DNA of 64,000 nt from an uncultured virus (IMG/VR IMGVR_UViG_3300028048_000127) (IMGVR_UViG_3300028048_000127); one strand, 5' to 3'. Counted from the stretch's first letter, positions 39,986 through 50,880 are shown. The notes: generated by a model from the letters alone, not told the origin. Program-made: numbers and translations.

Positions 39986-42547
39986 ATGGAAACGAAGTTA
40001 GAAAGTATGAGGCGACAATACTCTAGGTTGCCCAAAGAACTTAGAGAATTGAAACGCTGGGTAGGTTTTTGGAAAACCGACCATAAAATTTACGCATTTG
40101 ACAAAGAAATAACCATCCCTGCGAAATGTCCTTTAAACGCATTAACAGGGAAGACAGCATCTTCAACAAATCCACTTTCTTGGACCAGTTTTGAAGTAGC
40201 TTTAAACGGTTGCATTAAATACGATTTTGACGGCCTTGGCTTTATGTTAGGCAATGGTATTTTTGGTGTTGATTTAGATAATCACCCTGATCAAAACGGC
40301 AGCAAACCGATGTCAGATTCCGACTTTTCTAATCTCGCTAACGAATTCATCAAAACCCTAAATTCTTATTCGGAACGTTCTCAATCCGGAGATGGCGTGC
40401 ATATTTTGTGTAAAGGTAAATTACCATCCGGAGCGCGACGTAAAGAAGGAACTGGTGTTGAAATGTACGATGATAAGCGCTACTTTGCGATGACCGGAAA
40501 TGTTATTAATGATAAACCTATAGAATTTAGAGAAAATGAAATAAAAACTCTATGGGAAAAATATTTAAAAACTGAAGTACCAGTGAGAACTAGAACGCAA
40601 TTCTTTGAAGATGGTTCTGTTCGTTTTGGTAATTTTTATGATAGAGATATGTCAGAATCATCATTCCAAACAATGATTAGTGACAATGATTTAATAGAAA
40701 GAATTAAAAGTAGCAAGAATGCTCAAGATTTTATGTCTTTATATTTTGATGGAGACTTAAATGGTAATAAAGGAGATCATTCTGCTGCCGATTTGTCTTT
40801 ATGCACAATTCTTGCTTTCTGGACAAATAAGAATAGAGACCAAATGGATAGAATTTTCCGTACCAGCGCTCTTATGAGACCAAAATGGGATAGAAAATTA
40901 GGAGAATCCACTTATGGCGCAGCGACTATTGACAAAGCTATCAATACAACTGTCGATACTTATACTCCGCCAAAGAAAAAAGAGGTTTCCGTTTATTTTA
41001 AACCAGTTCAAGCAAACAATATTGTGTCTAATAATAATGAGACTGAATCAAATATCGATGAAAACGGAGATCCAATTGTCGGAGAAGTCAAAAAATCTTT
41101 TAAAAAGTATTCTTTAGATGATACCGGAAATGCCGAAAGATATTATTCTTATTTTGGCCATTTGTTCAAATACGATAGCAAGAATAAGGCTTATCTTTTT
41201 TGGAATAATAAAACTTGGGTTTACGATAGCGCCGGATATGCTAAAAAATACGCGGATGAACTTATTAAATTATTAAAAAGTGAAGCAGAAGCGTATGAAA
41301 AAAGTTTAGAAGAAGTTACCGATCCGGACGTTTTAAAAAAGAAAAATGCGATTCTTAAAGAAATGCGCAGTAACGTTTCGCGACTTTCCAATAAGGCCGG
41401 AAAAGAAGCGATGCTTAGCGAATTGCAACATTTACATAAGATGCCTTGCGAACCGAAACATTTTAATACACAACCTTATCTTCTCAATACTTTAAGTGGA
41501 GTTGTGGATTTAAGAACTGGCGAAATAATGCCTTTCGATCCGAAACTTATGTTATCAAAAAATACAAATTGCAAAGTAAGTTATGAAGAACCGAAAGTTT
41601 TCTTAAAGTTCTTGCATGATATATTCCAGGGATTTCCTGAAAACGATATTGAAGAAATTATTGAATATTTGCAAAAATTTTATGGCAAATCCATTACGGG
41701 CCGTAGTGATAAAGATATCGGTATTTTCTGGGGAGAAGGTAGCAATGGTAAATCTACATTAGTCCAAACAATGAAGGTGATTTTTGGCGATTATGGCCAA
41801 GTTGCTAACCCAGATATGCTTATGCAAGACAAGAAAGGCGGCGGACAAGCTACTGAATTCTCTCTTGCTTTATTAGCAGGCGCACGTTATGTTACGATGT
41901 CCGAAACTGGCGAAACTGATGTCTTAAAAGAACAACAAATCAAACGAATTTTATCGGATGAAGAAATTACTGCTCAATTTAAAGGCAAAGACGGATTTCA
42001 GTTCTTACCAACTTGGATGACAGTTATTACAACTAACCATAAACCACTTATTAGAGCAACTGACCATGGTACTTGGAGACGTATTCACTTTATTCCATTC
42101 CAACACATCTTTACTGATGCAGAAAAAGATATTCATATGAAGGAAAAATTGTTAGCAGAAGCTCCAAAAATCTTAGGTTGGATCATTCAGGGAAGTGTTA
42201 AACTAATCAACCAAGAAAAAGAACCAGAAGTACTTAAAAAACCAAAATGTTTAGAAGAGGCGCTTGCCGATTATAAAAACGAAATGGACGTTCTTAATTC
42301 TTATTTATCAGAGAGAACACAAAATTTTGCTGGTTACGAAACTAGCGCAAAGAAGCTCTTTGATGATTATAAAGAATGGGCTAAGGACGGAAATGAGTAC
42401 CTTATGTCTAGTACAAAATTTGGCAGAGAAATCGCCAAGCATGGATATACAAAGAAACGCACACGTAACGGTTATGTGTATGTTGGTGTTAAATTATTAA
42501 CTGATACCAAAGGCAAAATCTTCAGTATCGATCCATTGGAGGACTAA
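39986..42547 (+). CDS. Primase-polymerase / D5-like SF3 helicase fusion (NrS-1-like architecture)
   Basis: GVDLD, ERSQSG.G.H, EMYD..RYF..TG, D.S.AD..L...LAFWT, DTGNAER, GEGSNGKST Walker A, D.G.WRR, C-terminal winged helix. Confidence 0.9.
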   Translation: METKLESMRRQYSRLPKELRELKRWVGFWKTDHKIYAFDKEITIPAKCPLNALTGKTASSTNPLSWTSFEVALNGCIKYDFDGLGFMLGNGIFGVDLDNHPDQNGSKPMSDSDFSNLANEFIKTLNSYSERSQSGDGVHILCKGKLPSGARRKEGTGVEMYDDKRYFAMTGNVINDKPIEFRENEIKTLWEKYLKTEVPVRTRTQFFEDGSVRFGNFYDRDMSESSFQTMISDNDLIERIKSSKNAQDFMSLYFDGDLNGNKGDHSAADLSLCTILAFWTNKNRDQMDRIFRTSALMRPKWDRKLGESTYGAATIDKAINTTVDTYTPPKKKEVSVYFKPVQANNIVSNNNETESNIDENGDPIVGEVKKSFKKYSLDDTGNAERYYSYFGHLFKYDSKNKAYLFWNNKTWVYDSAGYAKKYADELIKLLKSEAEAYEKSLEEVTDPDVLKKKNAILKEMRSNVSRLSNKAGKEAMLSELQHLHKMPCEPKHFNTQPYLLNTLSGVVDLRTGEIMPFDPKLMLSKNTNCKVSYEEPKVFLKFLHDIFQGFPENDIEEIIEYLQKFYGKSITGRSDKDIGIFWGEGSNGKSTLVQTMKVIFGDYGQVANPDMLMQDKKGGGQATEFSLALLAGARYVTMSETGETDVLKEQQIKRILSDEEITAQFKGKDGFQFLPTWMTVITTNHKPLIRATDHGTWRRIHFIPFQHIFTDAEKDIHMKEKLLAEAPKILGWIIQGSVKLINQEKEPEVLKKPKCLEEALADYKNEMDVLNSYLSERTQNFAGYETSAKKLFDDYKEWAKDGNEYLMSSTKFGREIAKHGYTKKRTRNGYVYVGVKLLTDTKGKIFSIDPLED

Positions 42548-42549
42548 TT

Positions 42550-42957
42550 ATGACAAACAGCAAAATTGGTTCTACTTACGAAGAATTAGCAGCGCAAATC
42601 CTAAATAAACACGGATATTGGGCATATGTGACACAAAAGAAGGTTGACGGTCAACCAGTTGATGTTATTGCTGCCAAAAAAAAGGACAATAGCGACATTG
42701 TTTATCTCTTAGATGTAAAACATGTACGTGAAAGTGTACCTAGTTTCACTTTGTCCAGAATTGAACCAAATCAATTTTCCAGTTTAGAATTCTGCCATGT
42801 ATTTGCCCATTTAGATCGTTTAGGTTTTGCAATCTACTTTGAAAGAACAGAAAATTGGTATTGGCTACCATTTGAAAAAGCCTATGATGCTTATAAAAAT
42901 AATGTTAAGAGTATCCATCTTAATTTATTAGAAAAATTCGAGGATATATTAGAATGA
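42550..42957 (+). CDS. Holliday junction resolvase-like PD-(D/E)XK nuclease
   Basis: G..YE......L...GY; P.DVIA; L.DVK. Confidence 0.7.
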   Translation: MTNSKIGSTYEELAAQILNKHGYWAYVTQKKVDGQPVDVIAAKKKDNSDIVYLLDVKHVRESVPSFTLSRIEPNQFSSLEFCHVFAHLDRLGFAIYFERTENWYWLPFEKAYDAYKNNVKSIHLNLLEKFEDILE

Positions 42958-44366
42958 GAACGATAATCAGCAACGAAATCACAATTTATGATCCGACTCA
43001 AGATGTCTTATCGTTTTGTGAATCTCATTTAACGATAGTCAATCCTCTTTATGAACAACTAATGCGTCTCGGTAAGGAAGACCAAGTTCGTAGACGTCGA
43101 GTTCCAAAAGAAATGGCGCTATATTCAAGAGGATTTGGTTATGTTACGATTCCGTTCGGTTGTCTATATGCGATTTGGAAATATATCAAAGATTATCCTT
43201 TCGAAACGCATTTCAACGATAACGGAACGGTAATGCCTAGAAATTTAGTTATCTCAAAGCCACTTTACGATTATCAACAAGACGCAGCGGACGCTATGTT
43301 AAAGAACCGCGGCGGAGTGCTTATTGGCGGATGTGGATCAGGTAAAACTAATATAGGTATCTACATTGCTTATACATTAGGTAAAAAAACTTTATGGTTA
43401 TGTCATACTTCTGATTTGCTTAATCAAACTAAAAATAGAATTCACGATTTATACCCAGAATTAGAAGTTGGCACAATTACTGATGGAAAAATCAACATTG
43501 GTAGAGATATTACCATAGCCACCGTTCAAACAATGGCTAAGATTAGTTCCGATATATATAAAAATATATTTGATGTTGTAATCGTAGATGAAGCACATCA
43601 TTGCGTTTCGAGCCCAACCCTAATGAAACAGTTCGGTACAGTTTTAAACCGTATTGGAGCGAGATATAAATTTGGATTAACTGCCTCAGAGAAACGAAAT
43701 GATACGTTAACAAAATCAATTTACGTTTATATTGGTTCTGATCCAAGAGGCAATTTTATTCCAACATATAAGATTGCAAGAGAAGACGCAAATACACTAA
43801 CTGCAAAACACGTTCGTTATAATCTCTATACAAAAATGTACACATATGATGAGAATGGACTAATTCATTATCCATTCCTTAATACAGATGGTACATTCAA
43901 TTACGCAAAGCTCATTGACTTCTTGTCCGAAGATAAAACAAGAAACTTCAAGATTTGCGATAGTATCGAGTCTTATAAAGGAAGAAAACAATTAGTATTG
44001 TGCGCAAGAATAAAACATTGCGAACTTATATATAATGAACTTATCGCAAGAGGAATAAAGGCGGTTATCTTAACCGGCAAATTAACCGATAAGAAACGCA
44101 AACAAATTCTCAATAAAGAAATAGATTGGGATGTAATTGTTGCAACCACTTCTCTTGCAAAAGAAGGTTTAGATGTTCCAGAACTCTCCGTTCTTCATCT
44201 TGCTTCACCAATATCTAACAAATCCGATACGGTTCAGTCCGTTGGTAGAATAGAACGTGTTTATCCAGGAAAACCAGAACCGATCGCCGTTGATTATGTT
44301 GATGATAATCCTTATTGTATAAATAGATTTAATAAAAGAGCGGCTTGGCTCAAAAGGAGATACTAA
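42954..44366 (+). CDS. SF2 DEAD/DEAH-box helicase
   Basis: YQQ.A, CGSGKT, DEAHH, GLTAS, EGLDVP, QSVGRIER. Confidence 0.95.
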   Translation: MRTIISNEITIYDPTQDVLSFCESHLTIVNPLYEQLMRLGKEDQVRRRRVPKEMALYSRGFGYVTIPFGCLYAIWKYIKDYPFETHFNDNGTVMPRNLVISKPLYDYQQDAADAMLKNRGGVLIGGCGSGKTNIGIYIAYTLGKKTLWLCHTSDLLNQTKNRIHDLYPELEVGTITDGKINIGRDITIATVQTMAKISSDIYKNIFDVVIVDEAHHCVSSPTLMKQFGTVLNRIGARYKFGLTASEKRNDTLTKSIYVYIGSDPRGNFIPTYKIAREDANTLTAKHVRYNLYTKMYTYDENGLIHYPFLNTDGTFNYAKLIDFLSEDKTRNFKICDSIESYKGRKQLVLCARIKHCELIYNELIARGIKAVILTGKLTDKKRKQILNKEIDWDVIVATTSLAKEGLDVPELSVLHLASPISNKSDTVQSVGRIERVYPGKPEPIAVDYVDDNPYCINRFNKRAAWLKRRY

Positions 44367-44545
44367 TGGACTACACGTTTACCTATACTCATAAATGTCA
44401 ACATTGCGGTGAGGTATTTAAAGTTACCGAAACGCCGCAAAAAGCAGGGTTCCGCGACTTAGAGTACGAAATCTGTCCGTATTGTGGCGCAATGAATCGC
44501 AAAAGTATGGAAATAGAATTCTTTACGGAGAAAATCGAACAATGA
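44366..44545 (+). CDS. Zinc-ribbon protein
   Basis: CQHC...CPYC. Confidence 0.7.
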   Translation: MDYTFTYTHKCQHCGEVFKVTETPQKAGFRDLEYEICPYCGAMNRKSMEIEFFTEKIEQ

Positions 44546-45021
44546 AAGGTTTATACGGATACGAAATATTCTATCTCTATTATTACGGCGTAAATGTATT
44601 CCTGTGCGTAGGAGATATAGAAGAACCGTATGTATATGTGTATGAAGTAGAAACCTTCTTCCACAATGATCTAGGAGTCGAAACTCTAGAGTGGGACACA
44701 ACTAACAGAGTGTTCAAAGGAAAAGGTTCATTCGATTGTTATATAATTCCAGATGGAGCAGATAACTCATATTCTGGAAAAGCGTTAAAGCTCAAACCGG
44801 TAGTTATCGACAAGGAACTATTATTACCAGTAACGGTTCGTGTCGATAGCAAACTCTACGCTGCGGCTAGTAAAATAAATAACCGCTCCTTACCGGTCGG
44901 TGTGTACTATGCCAAAAAGATATGCGACGGATCTAACAAACAAATTGACGAATTGTTAGAAACCGGCTTTGAAACAAAGGTTATTCCCTGGGAGTCTTAT
45001 AAAGGGATTCCACAGGCTTAA
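44542..45021 (+). CDS. Hypothetical protein
   Basis: GGAG SD and ATGA overlap. Confidence 0.7.
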   Translation: MKGLYGYEIFYLYYYGVNVFLCVGDIEEPYVYVYEVETFFHNDLGVETLEWDTTNRVFKGKGSFDCYIIPDGADNSYSGKALKLKPVVIDKELLLPVTVRVDSKLYAAASKINNRSLPVGVYYAKKICDGSNKQIDELLETGFETKVIPWESYKGIPQA

Positions 45022-45140
45022 CAGTGCGGTCCGTTTCGAGACACCCAAAATCGTTTCCATCAAAATCGGAACGGACCGTATCTTAACGAAACTTGACGAA
45101 ATAGAACGTATATGATATTATATAAACGAGGAGAAAGAAA

Positions 45141-45521
45141 ATGAACGAAAAAAGAATAGTGATGATTAACGAATATGGGGATATCGCATATTTCAATAGC
45201 GGAATATTCTATGACGTTAACGAAGAAACGTATTGCGTCTTAACTTGCCTAAGCGATGCGGACGATAATATCGGAAGAATTGATTATTTAAAACCGAAAG
45301 ACGAAGGCAAAACTTGGTCTTGGGATATTTTGTCTTTCTTTGATTACTTCGTAGATATGATGACCAAAGAAAAGGTCGATCCATCTAATTTGAAACCAAA
45401 GGCAATGTATTATGGAGTCAAAGGCGATAAAGTCTGGTGGAAAATTCGCACAGACTATAATGGTGAAATTGTTTCAGGATACACTTTTGGTAAAAGCGAT
45501 TATAAGGCGAAACAATTATGA
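45141..45521 (+). CDS. Hypothetical protein
   Basis: Own promoter (TTGACG at 45093) and SD; KDEGKTW resembles the 34692 gene. Confidence 0.7.
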   Translation: MNEKRIVMINEYGDIAYFNSGIFYDVNEETYCVLTCLSDADDNIGRIDYLKPKDEGKTWSWDILSFFDYFVDMMTKEKVDPSNLKPKAMYYGVKGDKVWWKIRTDYNGEIVSGYTFGKSDYKAKQL

Positions 45522-45964
45522 AATACATTAGAACGAAAGACGGAAGAATACTTGAAGAAGGCAAATTAGAATCTGGATTGAAGCAAACTTCTATTATTAT
45601 AATAAGAAAAAACGACAATAAAGTATTAAGACAAATAATTTGTGATGATTTAGATGATTATCTTGAAATGGTTGTTGTTGGTGAATATTGTAAATGTCAT
45701 AAGATTAATCCAAAAGATATAAAATATGAAACAACTACTTTATTTAATGAAATCCTCAAACAAGCCGACACTATTGAAGAATTGTGTGATGAGTTTGTAT
45801 TTGTTAGACCAGACAATTATCACGATAATTTTAAAGTATTAGATAAAGACGACAAAGAATATTGCATTCAAAAAGATTATAAAATCTACGGTGCTATCTG
45901 GACCGATGAAGGACTTATCTATGTGGCAAAGATGAATGAAAAAGGAGACTTGGAATTGATATGA
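45518..45964 (+). CDS. Hypothetical protein, paralog of 33733
   Basis: Shared motifs. Confidence 0.8.
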   Translation: MKYIRTKDGRILEEGKLESGLKQTSIIIIRKNDNKVLRQIICDDLDDYLEMVVVGEYCKCHKINPKDIKYETTTLFNEILKQADTIEELCDEFVFVRPDNYHDNFKVLDKDDKEYCIQKDYKIYGAIWTDEGLIYVAKMNEKGDLELI

Positions 45965-46311
45965 TAGTTAAAATGAAAAGCTACTTTCTAAAAGAAAACG
46001 TTCCCTATAAAAAGCTAGAAGAGTTTGGATTCAAAAATAGCGGCAATGGAAATTATTGCAAGGATGCAGAATGGTATGCATGGATCTGCTGTTACAAAGA
46101 TACAAGAAGATTCGTGTATGCAGATATTCCTTATAAGAACGCCAAAGTTAAAAAAGTCAAAAAATATATTGCTCGTTTAATTGATCATGAGTTAGTTGAA
46201 ATAAAAACAAACTACGAATGGTGGGCAATTATCGGAAGATGGCAAAATTATTCTCAAAAAAAGAAAGATCGTATCCAAGACAAATTAGACAAATTAAATA
46301 AAGGAAATTAG
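45961..46311 (+). CDS. Hypothetical protein
   Basis: ORF within operon. Confidence 0.7.
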   Translation: MIVKMKSYFLKENVPYKKLEEFGFKNSGNGNYCKDAEWYAWICCYKDTRRFVYADIPYKNAKVKKVKKYIARLIDHELVEIKTNYEWWAIIGRWQNYSQKKKDRIQDKLDKLNKGN

Positions 46312-46508
46312 AATTATTATGAAAAAATACTGGTTCAGTATAATAATGTTTATATTTGCATCAATCGTTTTTATTTATGGAATAGTAATGTTGTGTCTTG
46401 GAGAAATTGAATTATTTTATCAAGGTGGTATATTAGCAACTTATAGTATTATGGCACTTATTATTTTATTATTTGGTTTTGTTAATATGCCTAAAAAGGA
46501 GAACAAAG

Positions 46509-46889
46509 ATGAGTAAAGAACTAACACCATTAGAGGCATTAAATGAGATTAAAGATAAATTTTTTGTAAAAGACGGTAATAGCACTATTGGAGACTTTGG
46601 TTTATTAAGAAGATTAGATATTATTGAAACTGCACTTAAAGATTATGAAAAACAGCATCAAATAGATATTGATTTATTAGGTTCTGCTTATAAAACAAAT
46701 GTTCAAAACGAAAAGAAACTCAAAGCATTAGAGATTATTAAAAAAGGATGCCCTTATATAAGTTTAGAAAAGCAAAAATGTATAAATTATGACAAACCTT
46801 ATGAGTTAATTATTGGTGGTGGTTATGAAACAGCATATATTGAATTAACTCAAGAAGAATACGACTTATTAAAGGAGGTATTGTTATGA
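46509..46889 (+). CDS. 'MSKEL...TQEEYDLLKEVLL' paralog family member
   Basis: DNA-identical boundaries with the 34279 gene. Confidence 0.8.
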   Translation: MSKELTPLEALNEIKDKFFVKDGNSTIGDFGLLRRLDIIETALKDYEKQHQIDIDLLGSAYKTNVQNEKKLKALEIIKKGCPYISLEKQKCINYDKPYELIIGGGYETAYIELTQEEYDLLKEVLL

Positions 46890-47488
46890 AATGGCATTTA
46901 ACCAAAGACAAATTGCCTGAAGAAAATAGACTAGTAATAATTTATATACCAGATGAGCCTTGGTCATGGCATGGAAAAGGCGATATTCATTATAAAATCG
47001 CTTGGCTAGTAAGAGGCTTATCAAAAGAAGATAGAAAAAAACTAGCAAAAAATGATCCGAGAAAAGATTCATATTGTAATGCCGACGAACACGGAAATAA
47101 TCTTGTTCCTTATTGTTGGGAAGAGTTTGGTCCAGATTGTTATTTTGGTCAAGAAGTAAAAGCGTGGGCTTATTTTGAAGAATTTGAAGGAAAGACGGAT
47201 AAAGAACCATCGCCATTAGAAGCGCTAGGTTATTTAGATGATATAGCGCATGGTAGAAAAATGGATTTTGATCCGCATTATCTTAAAAATATTGTTGAAA
47301 AATCATTAAAAGCATTAGAAATTATTAGAAAGAAAGAAGTAAATGTCGGTAATTTCATAGCCGATTACAAAACTTTTATTATCGAATCACAAGCATTGGA
47401 CAATTATAATGAGATGTGTGAATTTCAAAACGATGATTCGAAACCGTTAACAAAAGAAGAATTTAATTTATTAGTGGAGGAATTGTAA
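46886..47488 (+). CDS. DUF551-like N-domain fused to the same paralog-family C-domain
   Basis: MKW....DKLPE...VKAW followed by LEAL...KALEIIRKK...TKEEFNLL. Confidence 0.6.
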   Translation: MKWHLTKDKLPEENRLVIIYIPDEPWSWHGKGDIHYKIAWLVRGLSKEDRKKLAKNDPRKDSYCNADEHGNNLVPYCWEEFGPDCYFGQEVKAWAYFEEFEGKTDKEPSPLEALGYLDDIAHGRKMDFDPHYLKNIVEKSLKALEIIRKKEVNVGNFIADYKTFIIESQALDNYNEMCEFQNDDSKPLTKEEFNLLVEEL

Positions 47489-47629
47489 TGATTTGCGAAA
47501 GTTGCGCAAAGAAAAATTTCTGCCCGTACGCAAATAACTTCAATGTAGAGAATTGCTACGAATATGAACAGGAAGATGAATCAATCCCCGTTGTACAGAT
47601 AAATGAAATATTATAAAGGAGATTAAAAA

Positions 47630-48058
47630 ATGATTACATTGATTATGTTAGGAGTCACAGTAGTGATTGGTATAGGATTAATAATTCTTGGTCATCGTTT
47701 TGATTGGGATGTTGTTTTTGGACTTGGAATACTCGCATTTTTGGTTTCTTTCATTTGCCTTATCGTGGGCATTCCTTGGGCTATTATTGGCAATTCTCAT
47801 TTTATTGCTATGAGAACAACTATTGAGCTTCAAGAAAGAATTGAATCGATCAACAGTTCAAGAAAAGCGTTAGAAAATAAAATAGAATCTAATACTTATA
47901 CTGTTTTAGAAATCAACACTTATAATAATGAGGTTAGAGAATATAAAACCGAGGTTACTTCAAACCAATTAGTATTAAACAATCCTTGGATCAACGTTTT
48001 TGTTTGCTATGTCTATAACGAATTCGATGCAAACGCCGTAGAATATTTAAGTTTTTAG
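47630..48058 (+). CDS. Membrane protein
   Basis: Two N-terminal TM helices plus a coiled coil. Confidence 0.7.
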   Translation: MITLIMLGVTVVIGIGLIILGHRFDWDVVFGLGILAFLVSFICLIVGIPWAIIGNSHFIAMRTTIELQERIESINSSRKALENKIESNTYTVLEINTYNNEVREYKTEVTSNQLVLNNPWINVFVCYVYNEFDANAVEYLSF

Positions 48059-48638
48059 GAGATGAGAAATGATTATTGTCTTAGCGTTACTTCTCGTTGC
48101 GTTTTTTATCTTATTGATTTGGTCCGGTATAAATCTTTTCTTTAATATAGGAGAGCTTATCGGAGCGATCGCTAAGAGACAAAAAGGACAAATTATAGTC
48201 CATGCGATTCAACTCGGTTTAACCGTTACGGTAATAATCGTTGCGCTTTTGTTTTTTATAGGAGGATTAAATCAATGACAATTTATGAATACATGGATCA
48301 ATTAGGATACACAAAGCATCAACAGTATCCAAACGGCTTTGAGCGCGTACACAATGACGTACGTCTCCTTATTATATTTAATTATAGAGCGCATACCGCA
48401 AAGGGACGCATCGTTCCGATACATCTTATTAAAAACCAAAACGACATCGATAGTTTGCAAAAAGCGTATTATCTATTAATTGATGACTTGAAAAAAATTT
48501 CAGATGTCGGTATTATAATAGACAAGTGAAAATACCTCACTTAACCGTTACGATTCCTCTAGTTCCATTGCGTAGCGGTTTTTTTATACTTTTTTTTATC
48601 TTTTAATATGCTATAATATATCTACGGAGAAAGATTAT

Positions 48639-49190
48639 ATGACAAATTACGTATTTAAAGTAAAACACAAATATCTTAAAGAAAGAGAAGATGGTTCTAG
48701 AGAAATAGAAGATTATTTTCATAAAGCAGAGGGCCACGATGACGAAGGCTATGAAGAAACGCTTTATTACATCAATTATCGTCTCACTCCAGATTCCAAG
48801 ATGGTCAGACGCTGGGTCAATATGTGCAACGATCCAGAATGGCAAAAGATTTCTCTTTTAAAAGAAGGTCAACTTCAAAAGTTAGAAGAAGAAGGTTTGT
48901 TCTTCGATTATGATCCAGATACAAAATTGTACGTATTGAATGAAGAAAAGACAGATATGACTGATTTTGAAATGATTAAAGTTGGATTCACAATGAATGA
49001 ACCAATGACTAAATTCATTCTCTTTATCACAACTTCTGGCAATACCGAATACTATTACAACTCAAAAACATTAGAAGAGAACTGTCCGGATATTATCGCT
49101 AAGCTAATGGAAGACGGCATTATTTATAAGGCCCTCTCGCCACGTGACGCATATAAACGCAAACATCCGGAACAAGTCGGAAAGGCATAA
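48639..49190 (+). CDS. Hypothetical protein co-transcribed with terminase
   Basis: TGCTATAAT promoter upstream; TAATG overlap with TerL. Confidence 0.75.
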   Translation: MTNYVFKVKHKYLKEREDGSREIEDYFHKAEGHDDEGYEETLYYINYRLTPDSKMVRRWVNMCNDPEWQKISLLKEGQLQKLEEEGLFFDYDPDTKLYVLNEEKTDMTDFEMIKVGFTMNEPMTKFILFITTSGNTEYYYNSKTLEENCPDIIAKLMEDGIIYKALSPRDAYKRKHPEQVGKA

Positions 49191-50755
49191 TGCGTCAAGA
49201 TATAGTTGTTAAAGAAACGAACGGTTCCGTAACGCTATCTTTAAAAAAAGCAATAGGGAAAGGTTACGGCCGTTTTTGGTTTACACACAATAAATGCCGT
49301 TACCGCTTCTTAAAGGGAAGTCGTAACTCGAAAAAATCCGTAACGGTAAGCTACGAAATAGTTATTAAGATAATGTCCGATTCTAGGCGCAATATTTTAA
49401 TTTGCCGCCAAAATTACGTAGATATTCGTGATTCAATCTTCAAATCTATCCTTAGAGCCTTTAATGATTTAGGTTTTAAAGAAAATGAAGATTATTCTTA
49501 TACAATGCAACCTTTAGAAATTACTATTCTAGCGACGGGACAAAAGATTTTGTTCCGCGGCTTAAATAATCCTACATCTATCACATCTATCGTTCCTCAG
49601 TTTGGTTACTTAACGGACTGCTATATAGAAGAGTTCTACGAAGTGCAAAATAAAGCAGACTTTGAAGTTCTTGACGGTTCATTCCGTGGAAAATTACCAG
49701 AGGGACTTAACTTCCAAATTACATGTATGTTTAATGCGTGGAGCAAAGAACACTGGTCTTATAACGAATTCTTTAAAGGTAATATGGAAGACGATTATGA
49801 ATATCTTGATACTCATGACTATATGGACTTCAAAAATGAAAATTATATCTATGGCTTCGGCAAAGGCTTATATCTTCATAATTCAACGTTCAAAATTAAT
49901 GAATTCAGGGATCAAGAAACCTACGATTTAGCTATGTCTGAAATGAAAGAAAAAGATCCAGAGCGCTATAAAGTAGAAGGTTTAGGTATGTGGGGTGTGG
50001 CCACCGCTGCCTGTTATCCAGCTTTTAATGATTCTCTATGTAAACCAATTCAAGAATTGTTACAAGAACAATATATGTACTATGCAATCGGTATTGATAC
50101 TGGCTTAACTCAAAGTGACGGTCATAAGCATGCTGTTTTAAAAAATCAAGATCCGTTACAACGCGTTCGTTCTGCTACGACTATGACTTTAGGAGCAGTT
50201 ACAACCGGTTATCAAAAGATTGTTATCTTGGACGAATATTATCACACAAATATCCAACAAAATTTTTCTTATAATACCGATAAAGATATTCATCCTGGAG
50301 CAATGACTCAACCAGAATTGGCGTCTTACCTAATCATTGTTATTAAACAATGGATTGATAAGTACGCGAATTATATCGGAAAGCCCCGTCACTCTTCGCT
50401 TATGAACGGAATGATCGATGTGTACGTTGACGGAGCGGACATCGGATTTAGACAAACGTTAGAATTCGAAGCGCGAAAAGCTGGAATGTACAATGTTCGA
50501 TTCTATGGTTCCGGACAGAAAATGTCTATACAGGCCCGCGTTGATCTTGAAAACCACATGCAACACTATGGTAATTTCTTAGTGTGTAAAGAAAACTGCC
50601 CTAATACGATGCGTGAATTTAAGAACGCGCGTAGAGGTGAAAAAGGCGAAGCTAGGGCTGATACGGACGACCACATACTAACTTCGATAGAGTACGAATT
50701 ACAACCTATCTGGAACGAGATAATTCAACGACATAATTTCAAGTTGCAAGGATGA
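49190..50755 (+). CDS. terL: Terminase large subunit (PBSX-like)
   Basis: GY..FW, R.R.LKGSRNSKKS Walker A, GQKILFRGL, IEE Walker B, FN.W, GLG.WG, GIDTG, DDH nuclease motifs. Confidence 0.9.
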   Translation: MRQDIVVKETNGSVTLSLKKAIGKGYGRFWFTHNKCRYRFLKGSRNSKKSVTVSYEIVIKIMSDSRRNILICRQNYVDIRDSIFKSILRAFNDLGFKENEDYSYTMQPLEITILATGQKILFRGLNNPTSITSIVPQFGYLTDCYIEEFYEVQNKADFEVLDGSFRGKLPEGLNFQITCMFNAWSKEHWSYNEFFKGNMEDDYEYLDTHDYMDFKNENYIYGFGKGLYLHNSTFKINEFRDQETYDLAMSEMKEKDPERYKVEGLGMWGVATAACYPAFNDSLCKPIQELLQEQYMYYAIGIDTGLTQSDGHKHAVLKNQDPLQRVRSATTMTLGAVTTGYQKIVILDEYYHTNIQQNFSYNTDKDIHPGAMTQPELASYLIIVIKQWIDKYANYIGKPRHSSLMNGMIDVYVDGADIGFRQTLEFEARKAGMYNVRFYGSGQKMSIQARVDLENHMQHYGNFLVCKENCPNTMREFKNARRGEKGEARADTDDHILTSIEYELQPIWNEIIQRHNFKLQG

Positions 50756-50880
50756 AAATAACATCTTATAATATTAATGGCTGATATCAACATATCACTT
50801 AAAGGCTCGCTAATTAGCGGGCTTTTTGTAAACTTGACATTATTTGTATATATTGTATCATATAAAGAAAGGAGAACTTT

